From Candidatus Poribacteria bacterium (GTDB lineage Bacteria; Poribacteria; WGA-4E; PCPOR2b): a stretch of 64,000 nucleotides of DNA. The stretch spans positions 3,104,001 to 3,168,000 of the forward strand of contig OZ242351.1 of the NCBI GenBank assembly GCA_965208675.1, read 5' to 3'. Below are positions 8,712 to 18,407 of this stretch, piece after piece (position 1 is the stretch's first letter; each line of letters starts with the position of its first letter). The position numbers and the translations under genes are program-made. The notes under the pieces are model-generated. The model was not told where the DNA came from, made no database searches, and worked only from the letters and a program-made list of their open reading frames with translations.

Positions 8712-11700
8712 ATGGCTAAAGCTAAAAAATCCAAATCTCGTGACAATCAGATAGTAGGCGCGCCGACAGCCGAAAATAAACGGCATCAGAAGGCGGGCTT
8801 GAAGATCGATAGATTTTTCACGACGCCCGGTGTCCATCCGTACGAGGAAATCGAGTGGGAACAACGGGATTCCGCAATTTATGATGAGAAGGGCGAGGTC
8901 ATCTTCCAACAAACGGAGGTAGAAGTCCCCACAACTTGGTCCCAATTGGCGACTGACATCGCCGCATCGAAATACTTTCGTAAAGCCGGCGTCCCCGGAA
9001 CCGAGCAAGAGTCAAGCGCCCGCCAGCTCATCCAGCGAGTCGCGCATACCATCCGCCAATCCGGCGCGCAGATGGGAGGATACTTCGCCTCACCCGAAGA
9101 TGCCGAGTCCTTTGAGGCGGAACTCACCTATCTGCTCATTACCCAACGCGGCGCCTTCAACTCACCGGTGTGGTTCAACTGCGGGCTTTGGCACGAATAC
9201 GGCATCAAAGGCAGCGGCGGCAACTACTGCTGGGATTTTGAAACCGAACGCGTCGAGAAAACAAAAAACGCCTATGAGCGGCCGCAGAACTCAGCCTGTT
9301 TCATCCAGAGTGTGGACGACTCCCTAGATTCGATGCTTGAACTGCAAAAATCCGAAGTCCGCCTATTCAAATACGGTTCGGGCACCGGCTCCAATTTCAG
9401 CCAGATTCGCGCTAAAGGCGAACATCTCTCGGGCGGCGGTGCAAGTTCAGGCGTACTCTCCTTCCTCGAAGGTTTCGACCGTTGGGCGGGCAGCATTAAA
9501 AGCGGCGGCACCACGCGCAGAGCCGCGAAAATGGTTATCCTTGATATGGATCACCCCGAAATCGTGGACTATATTGATTGGAAGTTGCGCGAGGAAAAGA
9601 AAGTCCAAGCCTTAATCGCCGGCGGCTATCCCGCAGACTTCAACGGCGAGGCATACCGCACCATCAGCGGCCAAAACAGCAACAACTCCGTGCGAATCCC
9701 CGACGCCTTTATGGAATCATACCTCAAAGACGGCGACTGGAAGACAACCTACCGCGTCAGCCGTGAGGTCGCATCCGAGTATAAGGCAAAGTGGCTGATG
9801 GATAAAATCGCCCACGCAGCTTGGGCCTGCGCCGATCCCGGCGTCCAATTCGACGACACCATCCAACGATGGAATACCTGCAAGAGCAGCGACCGCATTA
9901 ACGCAACCAACCCCTGTTCGGAATTCGTGTTCTTGGACGATACCGCCTGCAACCTCGCAAGTATCAACCTCGCAAAGTTCTTGCAGGACGATGGCAGCTT
10001 TGACGTTGACGCTTTTCGCCAGGCTGTTCGTGTCTTTATCACCGCGATGGAAATAATTGTCGACCTATCCGCCTACCCCATGGAGAAAATTGCGCAGCGG
10101 TCGCACGAATTTCGCCCGCTCGGTCTAGGCTATGCAAATCTGGGCACACTCTTGATGTTGAACGGCATTCCTTATGACAGCGATGAAGCCCGCGCCTGGG
10201 CGGCGTCAATCTCGGCAATCCTGTCTGGACACGGTTACCGAACCAGCGCCGAGATAGCCGGCAGCGTCGGTCCGTTCCCCGAGTTTGAAGTGAACAGCCG
10301 GTCAATGCTGGACGTCATGCAGATGCACCGCGAGGCAGCCTACGAAATTTCTGAAGCGGACTGTCCAGACAACCTGCTCCAAGCCGCGCGGGAAGATTGG
10401 GACATCTGCCTACAACTGGGCGAACGATTCGGCTACCGTAACTCCCAAATCTCGGTCATCGCACCCACCGGCACTATCGCTTTTCTGATGGACTGCGACA
10501 CCACCGGAATCGAACCAGATTTTGCGCTGGTGAAATTCAAAAAACTAGCCGGCGGCGGTTACTTCAAAATTGTCAACCAGAGCGTGCCAAGAGCCATGGA
10601 GCGGCTCGGCTATACCCCCGACCAAATTGATGAAATTGTCGCTTACATCGTCGGCACCGCGTCGCTCAACGGAACGCCTATCAACACAGAAAGACTCAAG
10701 GAGAAGGGCTTCACAGACGAAGATTTGTCGAAAATTGAATCGGTGTTGCCCGCCGCGTTTGACCTAAACATCGCTTTCGCGCCCCATACGCTCGGCGAGG
10801 CAACGCTGCAGCGGCTGGGAATTAGCGCTGAAAGTGCGCAGGCGCCGGGCTTCAGTATCTTGCGCGCGTTGGGCTTCAACCGTGAGGAGATTGACGCTGC
10901 CGAAGAAATTATCTGCGGACGCGGCACTGTCGAGGGCGCGCCGCACCTCAAGCCGGAACACTATCCTATCTTCGACTGCGCCAACAAATGCGGGAGAACA
11001 GGCACGCGCTACATCACTCCCATGGGCCCCGTTAAGATGATGGCGGCTGTCCAGCCCTTCATCAGCGGCGCAATATCAAAGACTGTCAACCTTCCCAACG
11101 AGGTCTCGGAGGACGAAATTAAGCAGGTATATGTCGAGGCGTGGAAGTTGGGCGTGAAGTGCATGGCTGTCTATCGAGACGGCAGCAAGAGCAGCCAACC
11201 GCTCTCCACAACCAGCCAGCAAGAGGCGGAGGAGATAGAATCGGAAATACAGGTAGAGTACCGTCCCGTCCGTAAACATCTGCCCGACGAACGCAGATCC
11301 CTTACCCACAAGTTCAGCGTTGGCGGGCACGAAGGCTACCTCACCGTCGGATTCTATGAGGACGGGCGGCCCGGGGAAGTCTTCCTTAGAATGTCCAAGG
11401 AGGGGTCGGTCATCTCCGGATTGATGGATACCATCGCAACCATGACTTCGGTCGCGCTTCAATACGGCGTACCGCTGGAATCGCTTGTCGAAAAATTCAG
11501 TCACAAACGCTTTGAGCCGTCCGGCTACACCAACAATAAGGACATCCCGATTGCGAAGTCGATTATCGACTACGTCTTCCGCTGGCTAGGATTAAAATTC
11601 CTTGCCCAGAGCCAATCTGAGGAAGATGAAAGCCTCGAAGATCAACTCGTCGATCCCCGCCAACTCCACTCCTTCGCCGATAACGGCGGCAACCAAGAGT

Positions 11701-11879
11701 TAAATGCGCCCGCCGCCATGCTGCCAAGCGGTCAGCGCGCGCAGTTGGAAGCCCAAGAAAAACGCGTCGCTTCAATGCAGTCCGACGCACCCCCTTGCCA
11801 CGCCTGCGGCTCAATCATGGTACGCAACGGAACCTGCTACCGCTGCCTCAATTGCGGCGAAACCAGCGGCTGCTCGTAA
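8712..11879 (+). CDS. nrdJ: Class II (adenosylcobalamin-dependent) ribonucleotide reductase with C-terminal TSCPD domain and Zn ribbon
   Basis: FNSPVWFN, SACFI, GGTTRRAAKM, NPCSE active site, IAPTGTI, SGAISKTVN, YRDGSK, C-terminal CxxC...CxxC. Confidence 0.96.
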   Translation: MAKAKKSKSRDNQIVGAPTAENKRHQKAGLKIDRFFTTPGVHPYEEIEWEQRDSAIYDEKGEVIFQQTEVEVPTTWSQLATDIAASKYFRKAGVPGTEQESSARQLIQRVAHTIRQSGAQMGGYFASPEDAESFEAELTYLLITQRGAFNSPVWFNCGLWHEYGIKGSGGNYCWDFETERVEKTKNAYERPQNSACFIQSVDDSLDSMLELQKSEVRLFKYGSGTGSNFSQIRAKGEHLSGGGASSGVLSFLEGFDRWAGSIKSGGTTRRAAKMVILDMDHPEIVDYIDWKLREEKKVQALIAGGYPADFNGEAYRTISGQNSNNSVRIPDAFMESYLKDGDWKTTYRVSREVASEYKAKWLMDKIAHAAWACADPGVQFDDTIQRWNTCKSSDRINATNPCSEFVFLDDTACNLASINLAKFLQDDGSFDVDAFRQAVRVFITAMEIIVDLSAYPMEKIAQRSHEFRPLGLGYANLGTLLMLNGIPYDSDEARAWAASISAILSGHGYRTSAEIAGSVGPFPEFEVNSRSMLDVMQMHREAAYEISEADCPDNLLQAAREDWDICLQLGERFGYRNSQISVIAPTGTIAFLMDCDTTGIEPDFALVKFKKLAGGGYFKIVNQSVPRAMERLGYTPDQIDEIVAYIVGTASLNGTPINTERLKEKGFTDEDLSKIESVLPAAFDLNIAFAPHTLGEATLQRLGISAESAQAPGFSILRALGFNREEIDAAEEIICGRGTVEGAPHLKPEHYPIFDCANKCGRTGTRYITPMGPVKMMAAVQPFISGAISKTVNLPNEVSEDEIKQVYVEAWKLGVKCMAVYRDGSKSSQPLSTTSQQEAEEIESEIQVEYRPVRKHLPDERRSLTHKFSVGGHEGYLTVGFYEDGRPGEVFLRMSKEGSVISGLMDTIATMTSVALQYGVPLESLVEKFSHKRFEPSGYTNNKDIPIAKSIIDYVFRWLGLKFLAQSQSEEDESLEDQLVDPRQLHSFADNGGNQELNAPAAMLPSGQRAQLEAQEKRVASMQSDAPPCHACGSIMVRNGTCYRCLNCGETSGCS

Positions 11880-11903
11880 AATCGGACCAAGTTGGCATTA
11901 AAA

Positions 11904-11957
11904 AAGGGCATCGTATTGGATTCTCGTTCCGGTTCAACGCGATGTCCTTATTATTTT
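11904..11957 (+). terminator. Putative intrinsic terminator after nrdJ
   Basis: AAGGGCATCGT...GCGATGTCCTT stem followed by a T-rich tail. Confidence 0.5.
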
Positions 11958-12062
11958 AGCATTGATTATTACTCACAATTATCTACAGTTGTTTTCAGCA
12001 AATGGTCATTTGTCATTGGCTTTCAAACCACAACTTCTTCTATGAGGAAAAGGTGTTCTGTC

Positions 12063-12920
12063 GTGAGTCAAGATTCTTCCGTTAAACAGCAGTTTTTTGG
12101 CTGCCTAAAAAACTTTGTATCATCGCTAGACCACTATGTTAGTACGGACGATGGGCAGTGGCGTGTAAAGGGGTTCATTGATGTATGCAAGAACATCTAC
12201 ACAATATCTTCGGATACCAAGATAACATCCAAAATTCTTGAGATACACCTGTTACCTCAGATACTTGAGTTTGCACATGAAATCGGATACAGGGTGGTTC
12301 TAGCCGAACATCAGAATTACTATCCAGATATCTCTTTTGTGCATGCCAATGACGAACGCATCAAATTCGCTGTTGATTTCAAAACTACATATCGTTTGCC
12401 CGAAAATCCGGAATTCTGCAATGGATTCACTTTGGGCTCCCATGGGGCATATTTCGTAAATAGAGGAAGTTCAAAGAATATTCAATTCCCCTATGGCCAA
12501 TACCAAGGACATTTTTGTCTGGGAATTATCTATAGCCGACATTCGAAGTCAAGGACAACAGAAACTCGTACCTACAAAATTGAGGAACTGCACTCAATTG
12601 CGTCCGTAATTAAGGATTTCAGGTTCTTCGTCGCGGAAAAATGGAAGATTGCAAGCGATAAAAGCGGCAGTGGAAATACCGCAAACATTGGTAGTATCGC
12701 CAGAATTGATGATATAGTATCAGAACGAGGGATGTTTTCAATCTTGGGCGAGAGATGGTTCGATGATTACTGGATGAACTATGGCAAGATTACCATCTCC
12801 GAAGATCCAGGCAAAACCAAGCAAATTACTAACTTGCGAGATTTTGTGATATACAGAGGAGGCGACGTTCGCCTTATTGTACCCAAAGCGCGTAAAAAGG
12901 CTGTGAGGCACGAGAGCTAG
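12063..12920 (+). CDS. EcoRV-family type II restriction endonuclease
   Basis: DTKITSKILE, QNYYPD, AVDFKTTY (PD-D/ExK), FTLG, KNIQFPY and GSGNTANIGSI match EcoRV motifs including the R-loop GSGNTTNIGS; probable GTG start at 12063. Confidence 0.9.
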   Translation: MSQDSSVKQQFFGCLKNFVSSLDHYVSTDDGQWRVKGFIDVCKNIYTISSDTKITSKILEIHLLPQILEFAHEIGYRVVLAEHQNYYPDISFVHANDERIKFAVDFKTTYRLPENPEFCNGFTLGSHGAYFVNRGSSKNIQFPYGQYQGHFCLGIIYSRHSKSRTTETRTYKIEELHSIASVIKDFRFFVAEKWKIASDKSGSGNTANIGSIARIDDIVSERGMFSILGERWFDDYWMNYGKITISEDPGKTKQITNLRDFVIYRGGDVRLIVPKARKKAVRHES

Positions 12921-12922
12921 AT

Positions 12923-13879
12923 ATGAAAGTCATGATTCCTCCGATAAAGTGCCAAGGCATCAAAGGCAAGATTCTTCCTTTAATCAGAAGGGCTATGGAT
13001 TGGTCTTTTGAAGGCACTTGGATTGAACCCTTTATGGGGTCAGGTGTCGTTGGTTTCAATGTCATGCCACGCTGTGCAATCTTCGCAGATAGCAACCCCC
13101 ATTTGATTGACTTCTATAGAGCCATTGCTAGTGGAAAGGTAGACGGCTTTAAGGTGAGAAGATTTCTTGAACGCGAAGGGCAGATACTTGCAAAATGTGG
13201 TGAAGATTACTATTACGAAGTACGCGCTCGGTTTAACGGAACACATGAGCCTCTTGACTTTCTGTTTTTGAACCGCTGTTGCTTCAATGGGATGATTCGG
13301 TTCAATCGCAAAGGCGGCTTTAATACGCCTTTCGGGCACAAACCGCAACGATTTTCTAAGGCATATATTACAAAGATTGTTAACCAAGTTGATTACGTGT
13401 CCATTATTACGAAGAATTCTAATTGGACATTTGTTTGCCAAGATTTTAGAGAAACACTAAAAGAGGTTTCTGAGGATGATTTTATCTACTGCGATCCGCC
13501 TTATGTCGGGCGTCACACAGACTATTTTGATAGCTGGGACGAGGAGCATGAGCATCAACTGTTCGCGATTCTAAGCCGATTGCCTTGCAAATTCCTTCTG
13601 TCAACGTGGCATAGCAGTCCGTATAGGAAAAACGTATTCCTTGATACACTGTGGTCAAAATTCAATGTTTTAACCAAGGAACACTTCTATCACATTGGAG
13701 CGCGGATGGAAAATAGAAAACCCATGCTTGAAGCTCTTGTGATGAATTTTACGCCGAGACGCCCACATGAAGAACCTGCCAATACACCTGAACAACTAAG
13801 AATTTTTGAAAAACTGAAGGCGTATCAAAGACGCAAGAGTTCAGACCTAGAAAATCAGCCTCTCTTTCATGAAATGTAA
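12923..13879 (+). CDS. Dam/M.EcoRV-family N6-adenine DNA methyltransferase
   Basis: PPIKCQGIK, EPFMGSG (motif I), FLNRCCFNGMIRFN, YCDPPY (motif IV); begins 2 bp after the endonuclease stop. Confidence 0.93.
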   Translation: MKVMIPPIKCQGIKGKILPLIRRAMDWSFEGTWIEPFMGSGVVGFNVMPRCAIFADSNPHLIDFYRAIASGKVDGFKVRRFLEREGQILAKCGEDYYYEVRARFNGTHEPLDFLFLNRCCFNGMIRFNRKGGFNTPFGHKPQRFSKAYITKIVNQVDYVSIITKNSNWTFVCQDFRETLKEVSEDDFIYCDPPYVGRHTDYFDSWDEEHEHQLFAILSRLPCKFLLSTWHSSPYRKNVFLDTLWSKFNVLTKEHFYHIGARMENRKPMLEALVMNFTPRRPHEEPANTPEQLRIFEKLKAYQRRKSSDLENQPLFHEM

Positions 13880-13956
13880 GGGGTAATGAATTCTATGAAT
13901 CTGGATTCAGATGTAGCGTTTGGTTCAATCGAGTTGAGCGTTTTAGGCAAGTTCTT

Positions 13957-14190
13957 GTAGGTTGGGTAGAGCGATCAACCGACCGAATAGGGAGGGCGAT
14001 AGTCTTTATATAGTCCAGTCCGATGGCAGCGGGGTGAGATGTGTGCATGCCCTTTCAATAGCTGAGTTGGTTGACACAATTCTGACGCGTTGGGTTTCGC
14101 TGCGTCTAGTGTATCTTGCACAAAGCTAGCCTATTGATTAATTAGTTATAATCGGCATGTTTCGGTGTACCCAATCTACCCAACCTACAA
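13957..14190. repeat. Composite GTAG-type REP-like element
   Basis: GTAGGTTGGGTAGAGCG ... GTTGGGTTTCGC ... CTACCCAACCTAC inverted arms. Confidence 0.75.
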
Positions 14191-14393
14191 ACGCTACCCG
14201 AATCTCAACGAAAGAACCGACGCATCCTCTTCCACCGTGGGAGAGGCATCCTTGCCTCGATAATCAGGAGAAGAATCTCACCCCCAACTGCCTCGCAACA
14301 ATTCGGCAATCGTAAGTTGACACCAAGACCCTACAAAATCACCCTGCACATTTACCTTTCCCAATGCCGGCGATGCCTCTTTAGAACGCTTCT

Positions 14394-15647
14394 ATGACCC
14401 CAATCCAAAAAACAGCCCAACCCCATGAAAAACGCAATTTCATTGTATTCGTTGTGAATCAGATTTTCGTGCGTATCGGCTGGATATTTAAGACTGAAAC
14501 GGTGGTCATGCCCGGCTTTCTCGATACGCATACCCCATCCGGCGTCATTCGCGGATTCCTGCCGCTTATCGCCCGAGTCGGACAGAGCTTGCCCCAGTTT
14601 CTCGTCGCACACCAAGTCTCAAAGATGCCCAGAAAACAGGCTGTGTTTATAGGGTCTGCGTTCGGCATCATGATTCCTTGGCTCGTATTGGCGCTGACGC
14701 TGGGGTTGACTGATTTCGCTGGAAACGTCATCGTCGGGTTCTTTCTGGCATCATACACAATGCACTGGCTAATGCTCGGCTGCAATATGCTTGCAAACGG
14801 CACCCTGCAGGGCAAACTAATCCGCGCTGAAAGACGCGGGCGAATCCTGGCTTATGCCAATACCATCGGGTGTATGCTTGCGATTGCCGCGTTCTGGTTG
14901 GCTGCGCCGTACTGGCTGCGCGAAGGAAACACGAATTATGCGTGGATATTCGGAACCACCGGCGGCTTCTTCGGTCTCGCCGCATATGCCGGTTTGTATT
15001 TCCGCGAACCGCCAGACTCAACCGTGCAGGAATCTTCTCACCTACTTAAGTTTCTCGGTTCCGGCTTGATGCTGGTGCGCCGTGACCGGGACTTTCGCAG
15101 GCTGGCGGTGGTAATACTTCTGTTCTACGTCGTTTGGTTGCTATTCCCGCACTACACCGTATTCGGGATGCGCAGGTTGGGATTGGCGCCCGGGAACTTT
15201 TTCACGTTAATCGCCGTACAGAATACAATAAATGCGTTGAGTTCCGGAGTGATGGGCAATCTAGCCGATCGCCGGGGCAACCGGTTTGTGCTGCGAATGC
15301 TCATATTCATCGGCGCCTTAGCCCCATTGGTAGCTATTTTTATCAGCCGGTTGGCCATAGGCGCGGACCTCTACTGGATTGTGTACGCCTTTCTTGGATT
15401 CATTCCCGTATCGAATCGTGTTGTCATAAACTACACCCTTGAAATTTCGCCGCAGCAAAAACACCCGCAATACTTGGGAGTCATGAGTCTCTTCCAAGCG
15501 CTCCCGTTGTGCGCGTCGCCTCTGCTCGGGCTGCTGATTGACCGTTTCTCTTTTGAACCTGTATTTGTCTTCTGCTCGTTAATCACCTTGTGGGCAGTCT
15601 TCCTAACCTTCCGCTTGAGTGAACCTAGATTCGCTCAGAATGTTTAG
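14394..15647 (+). CDS. MFS transporter (paralogue 1)
   Basis: About 12 hydrophobic segments; GNLADRRGNR motif-A-like loop. Confidence 0.9.
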   Translation: MTPIQKTAQPHEKRNFIVFVVNQIFVRIGWIFKTETVVMPGFLDTHTPSGVIRGFLPLIARVGQSLPQFLVAHQVSKMPRKQAVFIGSAFGIMIPWLVLALTLGLTDFAGNVIVGFFLASYTMHWLMLGCNMLANGTLQGKLIRAERRGRILAYANTIGCMLAIAAFWLAAPYWLREGNTNYAWIFGTTGGFFGLAAYAGLYFREPPDSTVQESSHLLKFLGSGLMLVRRDRDFRRLAVVILLFYVVWLLFPHYTVFGMRRLGLAPGNFFTLIAVQNTINALSSGVMGNLADRRGNRFVLRMLIFIGALAPLVAIFISRLAIGADLYWIVYAFLGFIPVSNRVVINYTLEISPQQKHPQYLGVMSLFQALPLCASPLLGLLIDRFSFEPVFVFCSLITLWAVFLTFRLSEPRFAQNV

Positions 15648-15930
15648 CTATTACGGCTCTTGTAGGTTGGGTAAAGCGGCATTCATGAAACACGCAACAT
15701 GAAGCGAATTGGTTCCGAGCACCAACACGGATTGAAACTTGATACCATGTAACGAAACCCAACTTTTTTCGTGTCTCAATGGGTTGATGATGTGAGATGT
15801 ACGTTCGACGCTCGAAATTGCCAAATTGGTCGACAGACTTTAAAAGTGTTGATGCCCGCACACCTACAAATTAAACGAGTACCGCCAATTCCCACAAAAT
15901 TAGACAGCGAGACCGCTTCGGGACACTTTT

Positions 15931-17202
15931 ATGAACAACATTGAAAATTCATCTCAACCTCATGAAAAACACAACTTCATGGTGTTCGTCGTGAATCAGG
16001 TATTGGTGCGCATCGGCTGGATATTCAAGAACGAAACTGCCATTATTCCACGATTCCTTGAATTGCACAGCCCGTCGGGCGTCATACGCGGGTTCCTCCC
16101 GCTTATCTTTGGACTCGGGCAAAGTCTGCCCCTGTTTCTCATCGCGCACCCGGTTTCAAAGATGATTAGAAAAAAGGGCGTGTTCGTAATCTCCGCGTTC
16201 GGCAACGCCCTCCCTTGGTTGGTTCTGGCGTTGATATTGGGATTGTCAGATTTCGCTGGTCCTGTCGTCGTAGGTATCTTTCTGGTATCACACACACTGA
16301 GCTGGTTGATGATGGGGTGTAATCGGCTCGCCATCGGCGTCCTGCAAGGTAAGTTAATCCGCGTCGACCAGCGCGGGCGGCTGTTGGCTTATGACAATTC
16401 CATCGGCTGCCTGCTTGCGGTTGCCGCTTTTTGGCTGGTCATGCCGCATTGGCTGCGAGAAGGAAACACGCATTATGCGTGGATTTTTGGCACCGCCGGG
16501 GGTTTCTTCGGTCTTGCCGCGTGCGCCAGTTTCTATTTTCGGGAGACGCCGGACTGGTATTCTTGGGAATCAGCCGGCTCATCGGCGCCGCCCTCTTTTG
16601 CCAAGTTTCTTAGTTCGGGATTGATGCTGGTACGTTATGACCGAAACTTCCGCATTCTCGCGGTAGTTATTGTGTTGTTCCATCTCGCTTGGCTGCTTTT
16701 CCCGCACTACACGGTATTTGGGATGCGGAGATTGGGACTGGCGCCCGCGAACTTTTTTATCATAATTTCTGTACAGAACGTCGTAACCGCGATCGGTTCT
16801 TGGGCAATGGGAAATTTAGCCGATCGACGCGGCAACCGGCTCGTGCTGCGCATTTTGGTTTTCATCGGAGTTTTCGCCCCTTTGTCAGCAATTGCCATCA
16901 GCCAGCTACCCATGGGAGCTGACCTCTATTGGTTTGTGTTTGCGTTTCTGGGATTTTTTCCGGCATTCAATCGTGTTATCATGAACTACACGCTTGAGAT
17001 CGCGCCGCGCGCCAAGCACTCGCAATACCTGGGCGTGATAAATTTAATCCAAGCCTGCTCGCTTTTCGCGTCCCCGCTGATCGGGCTTATAATCGACCGG
17101 CTCTCCTTTGAACCCGTGTTTATTTCCGGCGCCGTATTGGCGCTTACGGCAGGGTTGCTGACCTTCTGGTTGGCTGAACCCAGGCAATCTCGGATTTTTT
17201 AG
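15931..17202 (+). CDS. MFS transporter (paralogue 2, tandem duplicate)
   Basis: Colinear and highly similar to 14394..15647 (VVNQ..VRIGWIFK, FPHYTVFGMRRLGLAP, NYTLEI). Confidence 0.9.
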   Translation: MNNIENSSQPHEKHNFMVFVVNQVLVRIGWIFKNETAIIPRFLELHSPSGVIRGFLPLIFGLGQSLPLFLIAHPVSKMIRKKGVFVISAFGNALPWLVLALILGLSDFAGPVVVGIFLVSHTLSWLMMGCNRLAIGVLQGKLIRVDQRGRLLAYDNSIGCLLAVAAFWLVMPHWLREGNTHYAWIFGTAGGFFGLAACASFYFRETPDWYSWESAGSSAPPSFAKFLSSGLMLVRYDRNFRILAVVIVLFHLAWLLFPHYTVFGMRRLGLAPANFFIIISVQNVVTAIGSWAMGNLADRRGNRLVLRILVFIGVFAPLSAIAISQLPMGADLYWFVFAFLGFFPAFNRVIMNYTLEIAPRAKHSQYLGVINLIQACSLFASPLIGLIIDRLSFEPVFISGAVLALTAGLLTFWLAEPRQSRIF

Positions 17203-17391
17203 CCGCCGCCATACCTTAATCTCCCGCACCAATTTTTAGTACGATTTTGCCTGCGAGAATCATTTGACCTCCGTTTTGCAATGATTTGGAAAACTATGTA
17301 TGCAAAGTTTGTTTTGCCCAAGCCGCCTTTTTAGTGTTATTATAAGAAGAAGCGAGATACCAGCACATATTCCGATTTTGGAGTTTCACAA

Positions 17392-18270
17392 ATGAAAAAG
17401 GGGAGTCGCCCTGAAACCCATCCCGTCCTGCAATCGAGGCTTAGTTTTGTGGAACGGCGAATGCATCGTGCGCGTCGGCAGCTCAAAAGGCGAACGCGGC
17501 GTGCCTTGGTACCGCTTGACATTCAAGAATCCGTCGGTATTTCCCAAATCAAAGGGGATGTGCTAATCGTCAGCGACAATCCTCACGTACAACAAAAGGT
17601 TGAGACGACGCTGCAGTCCGAAACTTATCAATGCGACATCGCCCAAAATGGAATCGAAGCCATCGGGTATATGAAGCTGGGAAATTACCGAATGGTCGTG
17701 TTGGATCGAACCCGCCGCGGACGGTCTCAGGTTTTCCGCTATATCGAACGCTACCGTCCGCATATCAAGGTAATCTCGATAGTAAATGACGAGAACCGCG
17801 CACGGGAATCCATGGCGTTCGGCGGATATAGTTTTCTGCTGGGCACTGAATTTGATCCGGAGCAGTTGCGGACGTGCTTAACCAGCTCCCTTCAACTCAA
17901 TCACCGGGTATGCCACGTCTTGGCAAGCGGACAGCCGTGCAACCGTTCCTGCATCAACAATTATCAATGGGCAACCGATTTCCAAGAAATGCAATACGAA
18001 AGACAGCTCGCGAGAGAAACACCACCCGAAACCGAAATGGAACACGTAGACCAAGAAATTGATGACGTCGATCCCCTTCAAACCGAACAGTCCGATTTCT
18101 TCGAAGAACTGGAGGAAGTGCATGACGAGGAGTTGATGGAAGTCGAGGAGGAGGAGATAGAAAAAATCCAAGAGGAGCGGATGGAGGAATTCGAACAAGA
18201 GGACGCTCAAGAGGAAGAGTCTTTGGAGCTAACCGGCGATGATTCCTCCTCCCAACATAACGGTAACTAG
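17392..18270 (+). CDS. Atypical receiver-domain protein with basic N-terminus, Cys motif and acidic tail
   Basis: VLIVSD...AQNGIEAI...VVLD resembles CheY-like fold; CHVLASGQPCNRSC; Glu/Asp-rich C-terminus. Confidence 0.65.
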   Translation: MKKGSRPETHPVLQSRLSFVERRMHRARRQLKRRTRRALVPLDIQESVGISQIKGDVLIVSDNPHVQQKVETTLQSETYQCDIAQNGIEAIGYMKLGNYRMVVLDRTRRGRSQVFRYIERYRPHIKVISIVNDENRARESMAFGGYSFLLGTEFDPEQLRTCLTSSLQLNHRVCHVLASGQPCNRSCINNYQWATDFQEMQYERQLARETPPETEMEHVDQEIDDVDPLQTEQSDFFEELEEVHDEELMEVEEEEIEKIQEERMEEFEQEDAQEEESLELTGDDSSSQHNGN

Positions 18271-18407
18271 ACGAGGTTTCCTATTTTACACTTATGACTT
18301 ACGCAAAACATAGTAGTAGGCACACTCCGTGTGCCGTAGTTTGCATTTGTTGCACCGACGCGCATATCTCCTAAACTGAACCAGTCAGACAAGAAGGAAC
18401 GACCAAG

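Noticed and set aside
10640-10930. Possible intein in nrdJ
   Set aside because: No C/S...HN-C/S/T splice junction or LAGLIDADG motif; looks like an ordinary insertion of this NrdJ subclass
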